The notes under the pieces were generated by a model. It was not told where the DNA came from. It did no database searches and worked only from the letters and a program-made list of their open reading frames with translations. The translations under genes were made by a program, and so were the position numbers. A stretch of DNA of 64,000 nucleotides, from assembly GCF_963676685.1 (NCBI RefSeq), contig NC_092346.1, positions 55,552,001-55,616,000 of the forward strand. Reading direction: 5' to 3'. This stretch comes from Mytilus edulis (Eukaryota). The first letter of the stretch is position 1. Each line of letters opens with the position of its first letter. Below, in pieces: positions 1 through 12,257 of this stretch.

Positions 1-166
1 ACACTGGGATTTCCGCAGTATTAGTCATATTTAGTCTGGGAAGAAAACATCTTTTGTATACACATATAATGTATTGACTTTTTATAATTAAAAGTTTGAA
101 CAAGGTAGTCCATTATTAGACCGATAATTATGACATCAAGTACAGACGGGCATTATATTTATTGTT

Positions 167-182
167 TGTGTGTGTGTGTGTG
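167..182. repeat. (TG)n microsatellite
   Basis: About 8 TG units, inside intron 1 of the Rho GTPase gene. Confidence 0.9.
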
Positions 183-500
183 CTTTCTTTCTTTTATAAT
201 TTTTGAAATATAATAGCTTTCAACAGGAAGCTTTAAATGTGTCAAATTTAGGTCGAATCTCATGCAGTGATATCAAACGTCCAGTCACCAGTTTTTGAAG
301 ATTATATACTGTGTAGAATTTAGAAAGATCGAATGTATAAACAAATCAAAATTTAATATTTTCTGACAGTGAGACGAATACGAAATAAAGCTTATGAATA
401 ATTCATGTATTCAAACTATTACAAGTAGGACAATAGAAGTGAATGATTTAGATTTAAAAAAAAATGTGATAAGTATGTGTACTATAGGTGAGCTGTTTAC

Positions 501-642
501 CTGCATAATTATCAAACACAGTTGGTACATAGTCCGTTGGAAACTTGTTCGTAGCATAACTCATTAACATACAAGTCTTTCCCACGGCTCCATCGCCAAC
601 CACTACACATTTAATAAACTTTGTATCGCTCTCTGCCATCAT
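501..642 (-). CDS. Rho-family small GTPase (Cdc42/RhoJ/RhoQ group), first coding exon; the gene continues beyond the left window edge
   Basis: [47 protein letters not shown] contains the P-loop and the switch I motif YVPTVFDNY. Phase-1 donor CAG|GTAAAC at 501/500. Confidence 0.93.
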
Positions 643-1359
643 AAATTGTCAAAAATATAAAGAAAATCCTATGAATAACTAAATGTTGTTGACATTTTCT
701 TCTAATAACTTTTCAAAATGAGAGAAGAATTCCGAGTATTCCGAATGAAAGAAAACGTCATTAAGGTGCGACTACAGCCAATCAACATACAAGATATAAA
801 TAAAGTTACAGAAATTATTTATATATAGTAGGTCGTTGATTATTTGGTAATATCAACACCAATTTAACGATTGCTTAAAAAGCGTAACAAATTTTGAAAT
901 TGACTGTTTTGGCCAAACAAAAAGTGATATAAATATATAGGTTCAGAGTTTTAACAAAACTAATTGGTTAAAGATGGACTTAATATAACATTAATTTAAC
1001 TATACCATATTATAGTATTACATATAGCTAATGTAATGTAAAATTAGTTACAATACAGGCTATTGTCACGAAAAAGTAAATGCATTTTTTTTTAATTTCC
1101 TGGTTCAGTAAATAAATAAGCATGATAAAGAGATTTTCAGATAAAAGTTCAATGTGTGTTTTAATCTATTCTAAAAACAAGAAAAATATCACAACGTTAT
1201 ATCTGTAGAGGATTTTTTCATAGGATCGAGTTTGTTGATAGTTTTTTATTTATGCTTCTAAAACAATAGAATTAAAGGTCATTCCCTTTTAAGTAAACAC
1301 AATTAAAAAAAAAAGCAACCAAATTGTAATAAAAAAATAGAATAAAAATCAGTTCAGTA

Positions 1360-1692
1360 CGGAGCCCTATTGTTCTCATTCATACACTGGAGATGCAAAG
1401 TCTAACGCTGAAGGTTTTAAGTCAAGCGCTGTAGAAATAGATATAGACTGTAATCTACTGTGCTGGACATTTGTTTAGATCTAGAGCGCTTGACTTTTAT
1501 ATTTCACAGCGCTCAACTTCACTGCTTCAGCGTTTGACTTCAAATATACAGTGCGCCCGACTACTAGTATTATATCTACAGCGTTCGAATTTACAACTCC
1601 AGCGGTATTTAAATATACAGAATTTATGACAACTATAGTTTACAATTTTAGCGCTTTATTATATATAATTATATGAGACCAATAGGGCTCCG
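1360..1692. mobile_element. MITE with 20-bp TIRs and internal ~21-bp degenerate repeats
   Basis: Left CGGAGCCCTATTGTTCTCAT and right ATGAGACCAATAGGGCTCCG (1 mismatch). Internal recurring AGCG(C/T)T..ACTT units. Confidence 0.75.
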
Positions 1693-2188
1693 CCTTTCAG
1701 TTCTCGAGGTTCTGCATCAGTTGTAAAATTACCAAAAATTGACTGTTGGGGTTTCAAAGGGGCATTAGCTACGAGATATACAAAAAAAGGTATGTTTTTT
1801 GTTGAATCATTAATGAAAGTGATAAAGTGAAATTCTAATTCGCGTTTAGCAGCAAATTTTTTTCAATTTTGTCAACATAAGCTAAGAAACACCCACGATG
1901 AATTATTCACTTCCAAGTGAATAATTCGACCTCATTGAATGTTCTGTTTGTATATCATATTTATTATCAGTAATTAATTACTTTCATTTTTGAGAACTTT
2001 AATTGTTCACTTTCATTTTGACCTTATGTGATTGTACTTTCACTTTCACTTTAAAGTTACTTTCACTTTCACTTTTACTTTTGTTGATATCCTGTTTCCT
2101 GTTTTGAATTGTGAACCACAATGCCATTGGACCAATGTTAAACTTTATCAAGCTGTAGCTTTATCATCCGTTTATGGCAAACCACTAT

Positions 2189-2557
2189 GTAAGTTAAATA
2201 TTTATTACTAAGGTTTCTATTTTGTATGTGCATATTTATTTTTGATGCAAATAAGTTAATTATGAAGTTCTAGAGCAAAGTATTTACATACATTTTTCCT
2301 ATGATATTTTGAGTAAGGAACCCCGTCTGAGCTATATTTCTAGTGTTTATGCTAAAGCATTTGTCAAATTTTAATACTTCATAGTACATTCATTTATTTG
2401 ATTTGATATTGAAGTTGTTAAATGTTGATTTTTGTATCTACTAAACTTACTTAACTATATCAATTTTAAGCAAGAACATTACACTTTTATTGTTGTATTT
2501 TTGGTTCAATATAATAGCCTTTCCAAATATTATATGGTATTTTCATTCTTGTTGCAG
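2189..2557 (+). other. Putative 369-nt GT-AG intron inside the LTR (same intron at 12513-12881)
   Basis: Donor AT|GTAAGT and acceptor TTTTCATTCTTGTTGCAG|C. Both sites are identical in the two LTRs. Confidence 0.7.
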
Positions 2558-2607
2558 CTTTTTACCTGCATACACAGTTGTCTATATACATTCATGCCAG
2601 AATTAGG

Positions 2608-2613
2608 AATAAA
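2608..2613 (+). promoter_or_regulatory. LTR polyadenylation signal
   Basis: AATAAA about 70 nt before the LTR end, followed by GT-rich sequence; present in both LTRs. Confidence 0.55.
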
Positions 2614-2682
2614 CTTTAATATGAGCAATGGTGTTTTAGTTAACTGTATGGTTATCTATCTGCTGAGTACCTTAGCGGAATA

Positions 2683-2696
2683 GTAAAAAGATAGTG
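2683..2696 (+). promoter_or_regulatory. Non-tRNA primer-binding site GTAAAAAGATAGTG
   Basis: Sits at the PBS position, lacks the TGG that pairs with tRNA CCA, and is complementary to the spliced LTR junction CACTAT|CTTTTTAC. Confidence 0.7.
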
Positions 2697-2716
2697 TAAA
2701 TTTATGTCTGAAACGC

Positions 2717-4330
2717 GTGAGAAGCGTGACCGAAAGTTTACACCTAAAGGACAAACCATTTAACGACCAGAGTAACGAACTGCGCGAAAAATGTGAGAAG
2801 ATTTGGTCTAAAATCGAAGATCTTATGATAATTGTTCCTTCTAGCAACACATTAGAAACATTAAGACAGTTAAATACAGATATTGACAGTCGCTATAAAA
2901 ACTTTTGTCGTCGGTCCGAAGAATACAAAAGTGTCATAACAAGAGCTGATACAAATGAATCACAACAGTTGATAAGTGATTATAATGAATATGTTGTGAC
3001 GTGTGTTTCAACATACAGAAAAGTGAACTCTGAAATTAAGAAAAAGAAAGCTGACTTAGTTGAACAACTATCACAAGTAAGTAGTTCAAATGGAAGTTCA
3101 AAAGCAAGTAGTAAGCGGGCAAAGGCAGAAGCCGAGAAAGTGAGACTGGAATTTGTTAGAAAGGAAGGCGAACTTATGAAACAAAAAGCAGCCATTGAAG
3201 CTGACATAAACATTGTGAAACAGGAGAGTAAAGTCGCAGCAGCTGAAACTGAGGTGCGTATACTTGAACAAGGTGATCAAGAACAGGATATAATTTCTGA
3301 AGTGTGCGAAAAGAAGGATGACATTAGTAAATATGTCCATAATGTGCATTTTCAAGAACCAGTTGCATCATGGTTAAATCAACAACCAGACATTCCTGTG
3401 GTTGCTTCATCTGCTTCTCAGGCCTTTAGTGCAGCTGTAAGTGTTCCTCAAATTCCGAGTGTTGTAAATACAGTTTTCACACCACTATCTAGTCAACCAA
3501 ACATTCAACCATCTTTATCACAATATCCTGTACAACCAAATGCTAATTTTACAAATTCTCTACTACATGATGCTATGACAGACATAACTCGTTTTATGTA
3601 CAGAAAAGACTTTCTGCTGTCGCGATTCACAAACTTTGATGATAAACCGGAGACATACGAATCATGGAGAGCATCATTCCAAAGTGTAACACGAGAGCTT
3701 GGCATAACACCCTTTGAAAAATGGATTTATTGGTCAAATGGTTGGGTACAGAATCTTCCAAATTTGCAAAAATCATCCGTGCTGCTAATGCTCATGATCC
3801 GCCTGGAGGTCTATAAAGAATATACGATCGTCTACAAGAAAGATACGGTAGGCCTGAAATGGTTGAAAGCGCACTCAAACGTAAGTTAAACGCATTTCAA
3901 ACAATTACAAACAAAGACTGTGTAAAACTATATGATCTTTTTGTAAGTTATATTCGAGACATGTGTCAAATTCGAAATGATCCTGCCTTTTCGTACAATA
4001 GTGTCAATTCAACTGCTTATTCTAAACAACGTCTGTCAGTGATATCCAGGAGACTAGAAGTTTCTTCCTAAAGTTCAGTTAGATGCCCACTACACAAGGC
4101 AGGACATACCCTCAACGACTGTCGTGGATTCAGGAAATATCCAATACAAGATCGTCAGAAGTTTCTACGCGAAAAGAGAATTTGTTTTAAATGCTGTGAA
4201 ACAAATGAACATTTCGCCTCCAATTGTACAGTGAATGTTAAATGTGTCGTATTTGGAAACAAACGCCATGTCACAGCAATGCATATAGACCGATATACTC
4301 AAAATCGAACACAAGCCGATAATGAAAAGC
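2717..4330 (+). pseudogene. BEL gag (coiled-coil region, FDDKPETYESW motif, zinc knuckles), disrupted
   Basis: ORF 2717-3889 with a frameshift near 3720, apparent internal deletion near 3940 and a stop at 4069-4071. Then CPLHKAGHTLNDC and CFKCCETNEHFASNC knuckles. Confidence 0.85.
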
Positions 4331-7300
4331 CTCTCACAGCTGATGGCGGGGAGCATAGTGAGGTCAATGTAACTGTCAAATGTACCACTCTTTGTGGTGA
4401 CATCCGGGTTGGTCGGTCCTGTGGAAAGACCCTTCTAGTAGATGTATACTTACCAAACGCCCCGGATAAGTCGATGAGAGTCTATGCTGCCATAGACGAT
4501 CAAAGTAACCGCACTTTGATTACTCCAGAACTCTTTGATGACCTTGGAATTCAAGGACAACATGCACAATTTAACATGTCTTCGTGTAATGGTAATTCGA
4601 CCATGAAGTGCCGAGTTGCTAACAGTATATGTGTTCGATCGATTGATGGCAAATCTACATTCGAATTACAAGACGTAATTGAATGCGATTCTATTCCTAG
4701 TGAATTACCGGAGATTGCGACTCCAGAAGTTGCATTTGCCTACTCACATCTTCGTCGTATTTCGTCATACTTACCTCCTCTTGATCCGAGCATCAAAGTT
4801 GAACTTTTGATTGGTCGAGATATACCTGAGATTCATCATGTGCAAGAACAAATTACTGGAGATAAAGGTGAACCTTTCGCTCAAAGATTAGCACTAGGAT
4901 GGGCGGTAATAGGAGAAGTGTGCATGGGCAAAGTACATACTCCAAACAAAATCAGTGTGCGTAAAACTCATGTTCTCAACGATGGACGATGCACCACGTT
5001 CCCTCTTTGCGAGAACAACATAGAGCTAATTGATCTCAAAGATGACATTTTCATCAGGACGACAATTTCTTAGCTTGATGGACACGGATTTTAGAAAGGA
5101 TGACACTGGTCATTGGTCAGCGCCATTACCGTTTAAACAACCAAAACCACCTATTCCAAACAACCGCTCACAAGCCTGGAAACGAGCACAGATACTTGAC
5201 ACTAGTTTGCGTAAGAATCAAACAAAACGTGAACATTTCATGACATTTATGGAGAAAGTGTTGAACAGCGGTGCAGCGGAAATTGCACCTAAAGTTATTT
5301 CAGGAGAATGTTGGTGCCTTCCGCTTTTCGGGGTTTATCATCATAAAAAACCAGACCAAATAAGGGGAGCATTTGACTCGTCTGCAGTGTACGGAGACGT
5401 ATCGTTAAATAATCTATTAATTTCAGGACCAGATCTTACAAATAACCTCGTTGGAATTCTTATGCGTTTTCGTAAAAATGCTATTGCTATAACTGGAGAC
5501 ATTGAGCAAATGTTATACCAGTTCAGAGTGTCAAATCATCACAGAGACTACCTTAGATTCTTTTGGGACCAAGATAATGACTTTTCGAAACCTCTCATTG
5601 AATATCGTATGACATCTCACGTGTTTGGTAACACGCCTTCACCTGCCGTGGCTTCTTACGGCCTTCGACAAGCTGTTGCAACTTCCGATGAAGACGTCCG
5701 TGCATTTGTATGTAAAGATTTTATGTGGACGATGGTCTCACTTCATTCACCAACAAAGAACAAGCAATCGATCTTGTAAAGAAAACTCAAAACGATCTGA
5801 AAACAAATGGACATATAAGATTTCACAAGATTGTGTCGAATGATATTGACGTCATGAAAGCTTTCCCCAGTGATGACCTAGGTAAAGACTTGAAACATTT
5901 GGATTTGTGTTCAGATATATTACCTACGCAACAAAGTCTAGGTATAACATGGGATCTTCATTCCGATAATTTTGTGTTTCATGTAAATAATGATGTCAAA
6001 CCTATAACACGAAGAGGACTCCTATCTTCAATAAACAGTTTGTTTGACCCTTTGGGTTTCGTATCACCTATTGTGATTAGCGGTAAAATTCTTCTCCGTG
6101 AAGTAGTTCCACCTGGAACTGACTGGGATGAACCGTTAAGTTCTGAACATGCTGATAGATGGAACCTTTGGCTTGAGTCTGAAATCTCTTGGCAATTTTG
6201 AAATTCCGCGAATGATTACTCCTGAATCAGTGTCGACAGCGCACCATCTTGAGATTTATATTTTTTGTGATGCTTCCGAACAAGCAATTTCTTCAGTAGC
6301 CTATTTGAAATCCGTTAATGAGACTGGAAATGCATCTTTAGGTTTTCTGATGGGAAAAACAAAACTAGCACCTTTGAAAGGTCACACAATTCCTAGATTG
6401 GAACTTTGTGCTGCTGTTCTTGGCGCTGAGTTAGATGAAGTCATTTGCGACAACATGAAGCTTTTACCGGAGACTTGTCATTACTACACGGACAGTCAAG
6501 TTGTCCTAGGATATATTAGCAATACCAAAAGACGATTTTTCACTTACGTCACAAATCGTGTTGAAAAAATTCACAAAACGTCAAATCCGTCTTAACTCGA
6601 ATAATTCAAGCCCTTTCCGTGTCCGATTTTCTCCTACAAGAGGGCTTGAACTCCTTATGATCATTGGCCGCGTCGCCTGCTCTCTGTGAGAGAGAGCCAA
6701 TCGGCGGCGATCAGGATAATGAGTCTGCGCAACTGTCTTGTAATTGTCTTACCGAACACGTGTGTTCAATTAACACAAATCCGAAAATACTTAATTAACA
6801 TCAATTAACATCAATTAACATGAGTTTACATCATTTAACATCAATTAACATCCGGAACTCCTCCTTCTTTAGCTGCCAATTTAAAACAAAATTCCCATAT
6901 TGCATAGCGGTGTGAATTTTCCGGTTGACGGTCTTGATCGAGGAAGACGTTCAGGCGTTAATGTAGCCTTCGTAGATCAGAGGAATATAACGACTGAATT
7001 ATTCGGGTTAAATCCGTCTCAGTGGTCCTACATATCAACTGATCAGAATCCAGCTGATGCCGAAACTAGATTTTCAAGCTCACCAGATATGATTCTTGCC
7101 ACTAGATGGATAACAGGTCCGACATGTTTATCATCACATGATGTTATGATTGAAGACAATTCTTATCCGTTAGTAACACCAACTGAGGACAAGGAAATTC
7201 GTCCTTTAGTATTATCTAAAAAAACAGTTATTCGAAATCCAGAGATCGGTTGTCATCGTTTTACGAATTTTTCAAGTTTGAAAGCTCTCATTAGGGCAGT

Positions 7301-7884
7301 TTCGTTTTTGAGACATTTTGTACGTCCTTGGAAATCAAAACGTTCTAGTCAAAAAGTGTCTGAAGACAAAGATAGTCCAAAATTTCAAAAGGAGACCGAA
7401 TCTTTTATAATTCGTCAAATTCAGAATGAGATTTTTGAAAAGGAAATTTACAATTTGAACGAACAGAAACCAATTTCAAAGGAACGCTCAATGTTGAAAT
7501 TAGATCCGTTTGTTGATGAACACGGAGTGGTTAGAGTAGGAGGTAGACTCAAACATTCAGTTCAGATTTGACACTTGGTGAGAAACATCCGATACTTATT
7601 CCTGGTAATCATCACTTCGCCAAACTTATTGTCTTACATTATCACAAACAATTAGACATCAAGGACGTCATTTAACGGAAGGCAGTATCAGAAGTGCAGG
7701 ATTTTGGATAATTGGTCTTAAGCGCCTAGTTAACACTGTTATTTCCGAATGTGTATTGTGTCGTAGATTTCGTGGTAACCTTATGACTCAAAAAATGTCT
7801 GATTTACCGGAGGAACGACTGAAATCGTGCCCACCTTTTACTTACGTCGAAGTGGATTGTTTTGGTCCTTGGGACATTGTAACT
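4331..7884 (+). pseudogene. BEL pol, 5' part (protease, RT, RNase H, integrase N-terminus), frameshifted and interrupted
   Basis: PR YAAIDDQSNRTL. RT KKPDQIRGAFDSS, DIEQMLYQF, HVFGNTPSP and a frameshifted YVDD. RNase H FCDASEQA, IPRLELCAA, TDSQVVL. IN PPFTYVEVDCFGPW. Confidence 0.92.
6593..7010. mobile_element. 418-bp non-autonomous DNA transposon with a 9-bp TSD (Mutator-like), inserted in the BEL RNase H region
   Basis: TIRs TAACTCGAATAATTCA and TGAATTATTCGGGTTA; TSD AATCCGTCT (6584-6592, 7011-7019). Removing it restores SNPSQW. Six 10-bp TCAATTAACA-type repeats at 6791-6850. Confidence 0.9.
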
Positions 7885-10800
7885 GGGACAATATCCCTAA
7901 TGCGCCTTGAAATGAGGAACTCAAAAGTCACGTGTAAACAAAACATCTCTGTGTAGTGATATTTGACACATTTCTATGATAAACAAATGATTAAGCTGAA
8001 CCATTTGTGTTTATTTAGAAAGTAAGGGAACACAGAATAAATGTGTAAAACCTATGGAGCCATTAAATGTGTTTAAAGTATTAAATTTTTATAGAACTTA
8101 TTGTGTCAAAAATGGGATTTTTTACCATGAGGAGCCACATCGCAAAAGGATACTCTGGGTTTGCTAATTTACGGAAAAATGAATCACACTTCGTACCCCG
8201 AAAATTTAACCACATATGTAAAAATGTCTCAGCTTCGAAACAAGCCATCATACATATACAAGTTTATGATATGGCCTGAGCAACAGAAGAAAACTTTACC
8301 ATTACCGCCTATGTAGAAACAATTGCGCATATTGCCCGATCTTCTAACAAAAAATCCTGAGATATCTTAAGATGATTTCACCTTGTACACCACAGAAAAT
8401 AGTGAAAATGATGGTTAGTATTTTTTTATTTATACCTAGTTATCATAAACAGTTTAAATATTTAAGATAAATATTATTGATAAAGATCAGCCAAAAGGCA
8501 ATGAAATTTTCGCTTTTAAAATGCATTACTGGCACGGGGCTGAACACTTTTTTTAAGGCACAATCATAACTTTAATTACCCCCGAAAGATCCGAAAGGAA
8601 TTGTTTATTTATTGAAAAAGGCTGCAAGAAATAACTTACATGTATTATTATTAAATTGTAAGTAAACATGACACAATATAGTCTTGGTTATGTAATTATC
8701 ACTCTGGTCTACAGGAATAACTGACAATCAAGGGAGATAACACACTTCACACGAGTAAAGTGAGATACATCATCACGTGTGCTTTTATCCAATGATTTGA
8801 CCCTGGTCAGTAGATATCATATGCAAATAAACAGAAAACAAACATGTACATGTATTAAGAAAATCATGAATTACTATTTTTAATACACACGAGCAAAACA
8901 CTTGATATTGTCATTTCTCAGTGAAAAGGGGGAGGGTCAAACCTTCTTGAAAACAATATTGCTATTCAACTATTAAGCTAGTTAGCTACTACTCATTGCT
9001 TCTAATATAAACGGTTTGAATGAAGGTGGCTAAGCAGCAAGGGAGAAGCTTTTTTCTTTCTTTACGATAAAACTTTCAAAAGTTAGATTTTTCTCTCTCA
9101 ATAATACTTATGTATTTAAATTAAATGATAACACAGCTTGAGTAATTTTTTTTGTCTTATTTCAGTTCCAGACATATCATTACTTTTTTACATGAGATGG
9201 CAAACTAAAGGTTTTAAAAAGTCCTGAATAATTGGTAAGCATTTTGTTTTGTTAGGCAAGCTCTAAATTATTTATTTATGGTATTTGTGCAATTGAAATT
9301 ACAGTCGGTATGTTAGAAATATGCTAATATGAAAACTGTTGCTATGGTCTTGATATTAAATGAAAAGGCTTGGTTACTGATCTTTTCGACTCGATGTTTC
9401 CCATGTAACACTGCAAACTATATTTAGCACTATTTTGATCTGTCGTTATTTAATGACGCCATAATACATGTGATGTCACAATGTTTCCTTTAATACCTCA
9501 TGTGGATTTCTCACTGATAAAAGTTTTTACTGAAATACATGTAAAAAGCCTTTTTTTCTCAAATAGAATTATGTGAAAGGACAAGTTTTGAAAATTTGCA
9601 CTTCATTGCACTCTAATTACATGATAAGAATGAATTTCTCAGTAGTTTCGAGTGGTTTCCACAGTATTAGATACCAGATGTCCACTAGTAAAAATAATTA
9701 TTTTGGTGGTTTTTTTTTTATAAAATCTACATTTTTGCATAATTTCTGTGTCAAAATGCACTTTTAGACACAAGAAAATGTTATGGAATGCTTTAACAGG
9801 GTCTGTGTATTGTAATTTAAGGTTATCATCAGAAGTTTTGTCCTTGTTTTGAATAGTGAAGGTATACTGGAAGAAATTAATTATACATACACATTGTATT
9901 AAAAATAAATGAATATAGCGATAAAAGTGTCATTGCCATATAGTGCTGAAACTACTTTATTTTTTTTCAGAAATGGACAAAAATACACAGATTTATTCAG
10001 AATGTCATACCGATGAAGATCACCTAAAAATATTTGGTCAAATCAGAACTATGGATTTCAATATGGGACAATATCCCTAATGCGCCTTGAAATGAGGAAC
10101 TCAAAAGTCACGTGTAAACAAAACATCTCTGTGTAGTGATATTTGACACATTTCTATGATAAACAAATGACTAAGCTGAACCATTTGTGTTAATTTAGAA
10201 AGTAAGGGAACACAGAATAAATGTGTAAAACCTATGGAGCCATTAAATGTGTTTAAAGTATTAAATTTTTATAGATAAAGAAAGGCAACAGTAGTATACC
10301 GCTGTTCAAAACTCATAAATCCATGGACAAAAAACAAAATCGGGGTAACAAACTAAAACCGAGGGAAACTCATTAAATATAAGAGGAGAACAACGACATA
10401 ACACCGAAACGTAACACACACAGAAACGGACCAAGCATCAGACAAAACACCACGAGAATAACAAATATAACATGAAAACCAAATACATGAATTTGGGATG
10501 GACAAGTACCGTGCCACCTCTTATCTCAATTTCTCAAAAATAAGAGAAAACACAAATGACTCAACGTTAAAATGCAACACACACAGAAACGAACAATAAT
10601 ATAACAATGGCCATCTTCCTGACTTGGTACAGGACACTTTTAAAGGGGAATAAAAGTGGTGGGTTGAACCTGGTTTTGTGGCATGCCAAACCTCGCGTTT
10701 TAATGGCAAAGTTAAATATAACATTGAAATGACAACATAATATTACAGGACTACAATACAAATTAATAGAACATATTAGACAAAGAAAAACATGATTAAT

Positions 10801-11239
10801 AGATAACAAAAAGCTTCAGGTTTAAAATTCAATACGCCAAAAACGCGCCTTGTCCACACAAGACTTACAAGTGACGCTCAGATATATAAGATCGAAAGTT
10901 AAAAAAGTACAAAGTTGTACAACACTGAAGATCAAAAGTTGAAAAGGTTTCGCCAAATACGGCATTGTTTTTATGCCCGGGATAAGAACAATAGAACTTA
11001 TTGTGTCAAAAATGGGATTTTTTACCATGAGGAGCCACATCACAAAAGGATATTCGGGGTTTGCTAATTTACGGAAAAATGAATCACACTTCGTACCCCG
11101 AAAATTTAACCACATATGAAAAAAATGTCTCAGCTTCGAAACAAGCCATCATACATATACAAGTTTATGATATGGCCTGAGCAACAGAAGAAAACGTTAC
11201 CATTACCGCCTATGTAGAAACAATTGCGCATATTGCCCC
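7885..11239. mobile_element. 3.35-kb A-B-A insertion with GGG...CCC termini and a 4-bp TSD (Sola2-like ends), inside the BEL integrase
   Basis: TSD AACT (7881-7884, 11240-11243). Removal restores FGPWDIVTRRTRGG. Direct repeats 7885-8338 and 10065-11239, each bounded by GGGACAATAT...ATATTGCCC. Confidence 0.88.
10276..10990 (-). mobile_element. Retroposed dispersed repeat with a degenerate hammerhead segment, inserted in the second A copy
   Basis: Absent from the first A copy and flanked by an ATAGA duplication (10271-10275, 10991-10995). Begins AAAGGCAACAGTAGTATACCG, as do copies at ~29560, ~31742 and ~43032. Confidence 0.8.
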
Positions 11240-11243
11240 AACT

Positions 11244-12122
11244 AGACGAACTCGTGGAGGAAGCGTCAACTCAAAACGATGGACTGTACTATTTTCATGT
11301 ATGTCATCTAGAGCTGTACACATTGAGGTTATTGAAGAGATGAGCACCTCATCTTTTATCAATGCGCTACGACGGTTCGTGTCATTAAGAGGCAAAGTTA
11401 AGAAATTATTTTCCGACCGAGGGAAAAATTTCGTTGGAGCAGCGAATGAACTTGGGATTCCTGCAATATGTGTGGAAGATAAAACTTTGAAAACCTTTCT
11501 TAACGAAAAAGGTACTGTTTGGAAGTTCAACACTCCATATTCGTCACATATGGGAGGCTCGTGGGAACGTCTCATAGGCATGGCTCGCCGTATTATTGAC
11601 TCTATTCTCTATGATGCAAGACACAACAAATTAACACATGAGGTTCTGTGCACCTTTATGGCGGAAACAACGGCCATCATGAACTCTCGTCCATTGATTC
11701 CAATTTCATCAGACCCTGATTCACCGTGTGTTTTGTCGCCAAATGCTCTGCTAACTACCAAAACCATTGACTGTGATGAAGATTTTAGTCATTTGAACAT
11801 TCGATATGTATACACTACTCAATGGAAATTCGTTCAAGTACTAGCTGAACAGTTTTGGACTCAGTGGCGTCGCGAGTACTTACAAACGTTGCAATCTCGA
11901 CGAAAACAAACTCAGGAGAACATTAAAGAAGGTGATACCGTTATTCTCAAGGATGGTGATCAACACAGAAACCTTTGGCCAATAGGACTTATTGAACATA
12001 TATTTCCTAGTAAAGACAAATTAGTTAGGAAAGTGTTAGTAAGAACAATCAGAGATGGACAAGTTCGTGTATGTGTGCGACCAATCACACAGACTGTTCT
12101 TTTGTGTCGCAATGCATTGTAA
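11244..12122 (+). pseudogene. BEL integrase core and C-terminus
   Basis: SRAVHIE, FSDRGKNFVGA, GGSWERLIG, NSRPL and FWTQWRREYL motifs; stop at 12120-12122. Confidence 0.93.
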
Positions 12123-12248
12123 AAGACTGGTATTATTGAGTTTTTGTCTGTATTATTGACATTAGTTAGTTAAACTAATTTTTGAGGGTTTATATGTATT
12201 GAAGGTCATATTTTTCTTTTTATGAATGTGGTGATATTTTTCATATCA

Positions 12249-12257
12249 GACGGGGAG
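12249..12257 (+). promoter_or_regulatory. Short polypurine tract (GACGGGGAG)
   Basis: Purine-rich run immediately before the TG that starts the 3' LTR. Confidence 0.7.

Larger units (their letters stand above)
1940..2682 (+). repeat. 5' LTR (743 bp)
   Basis: Starts TGTTCTG, ends GCGGAATA. Differs from 12258-13006 by about a dozen substitutions plus one 6-bp TTTCAC indel (counted by eye). Confidence 0.96.

Noticed and set aside
2432-2683. 83/84-aa ORFs repeated at 2432 and 12756
   Set aside because: They are the same LTR sequence twice, start at TTG and show no protein motif.
6900-7010. N-terminal part of ORF 6900-7571
   Set aside because: Read-through from the inserted DNA element into BEL pol; not a real N-terminus.
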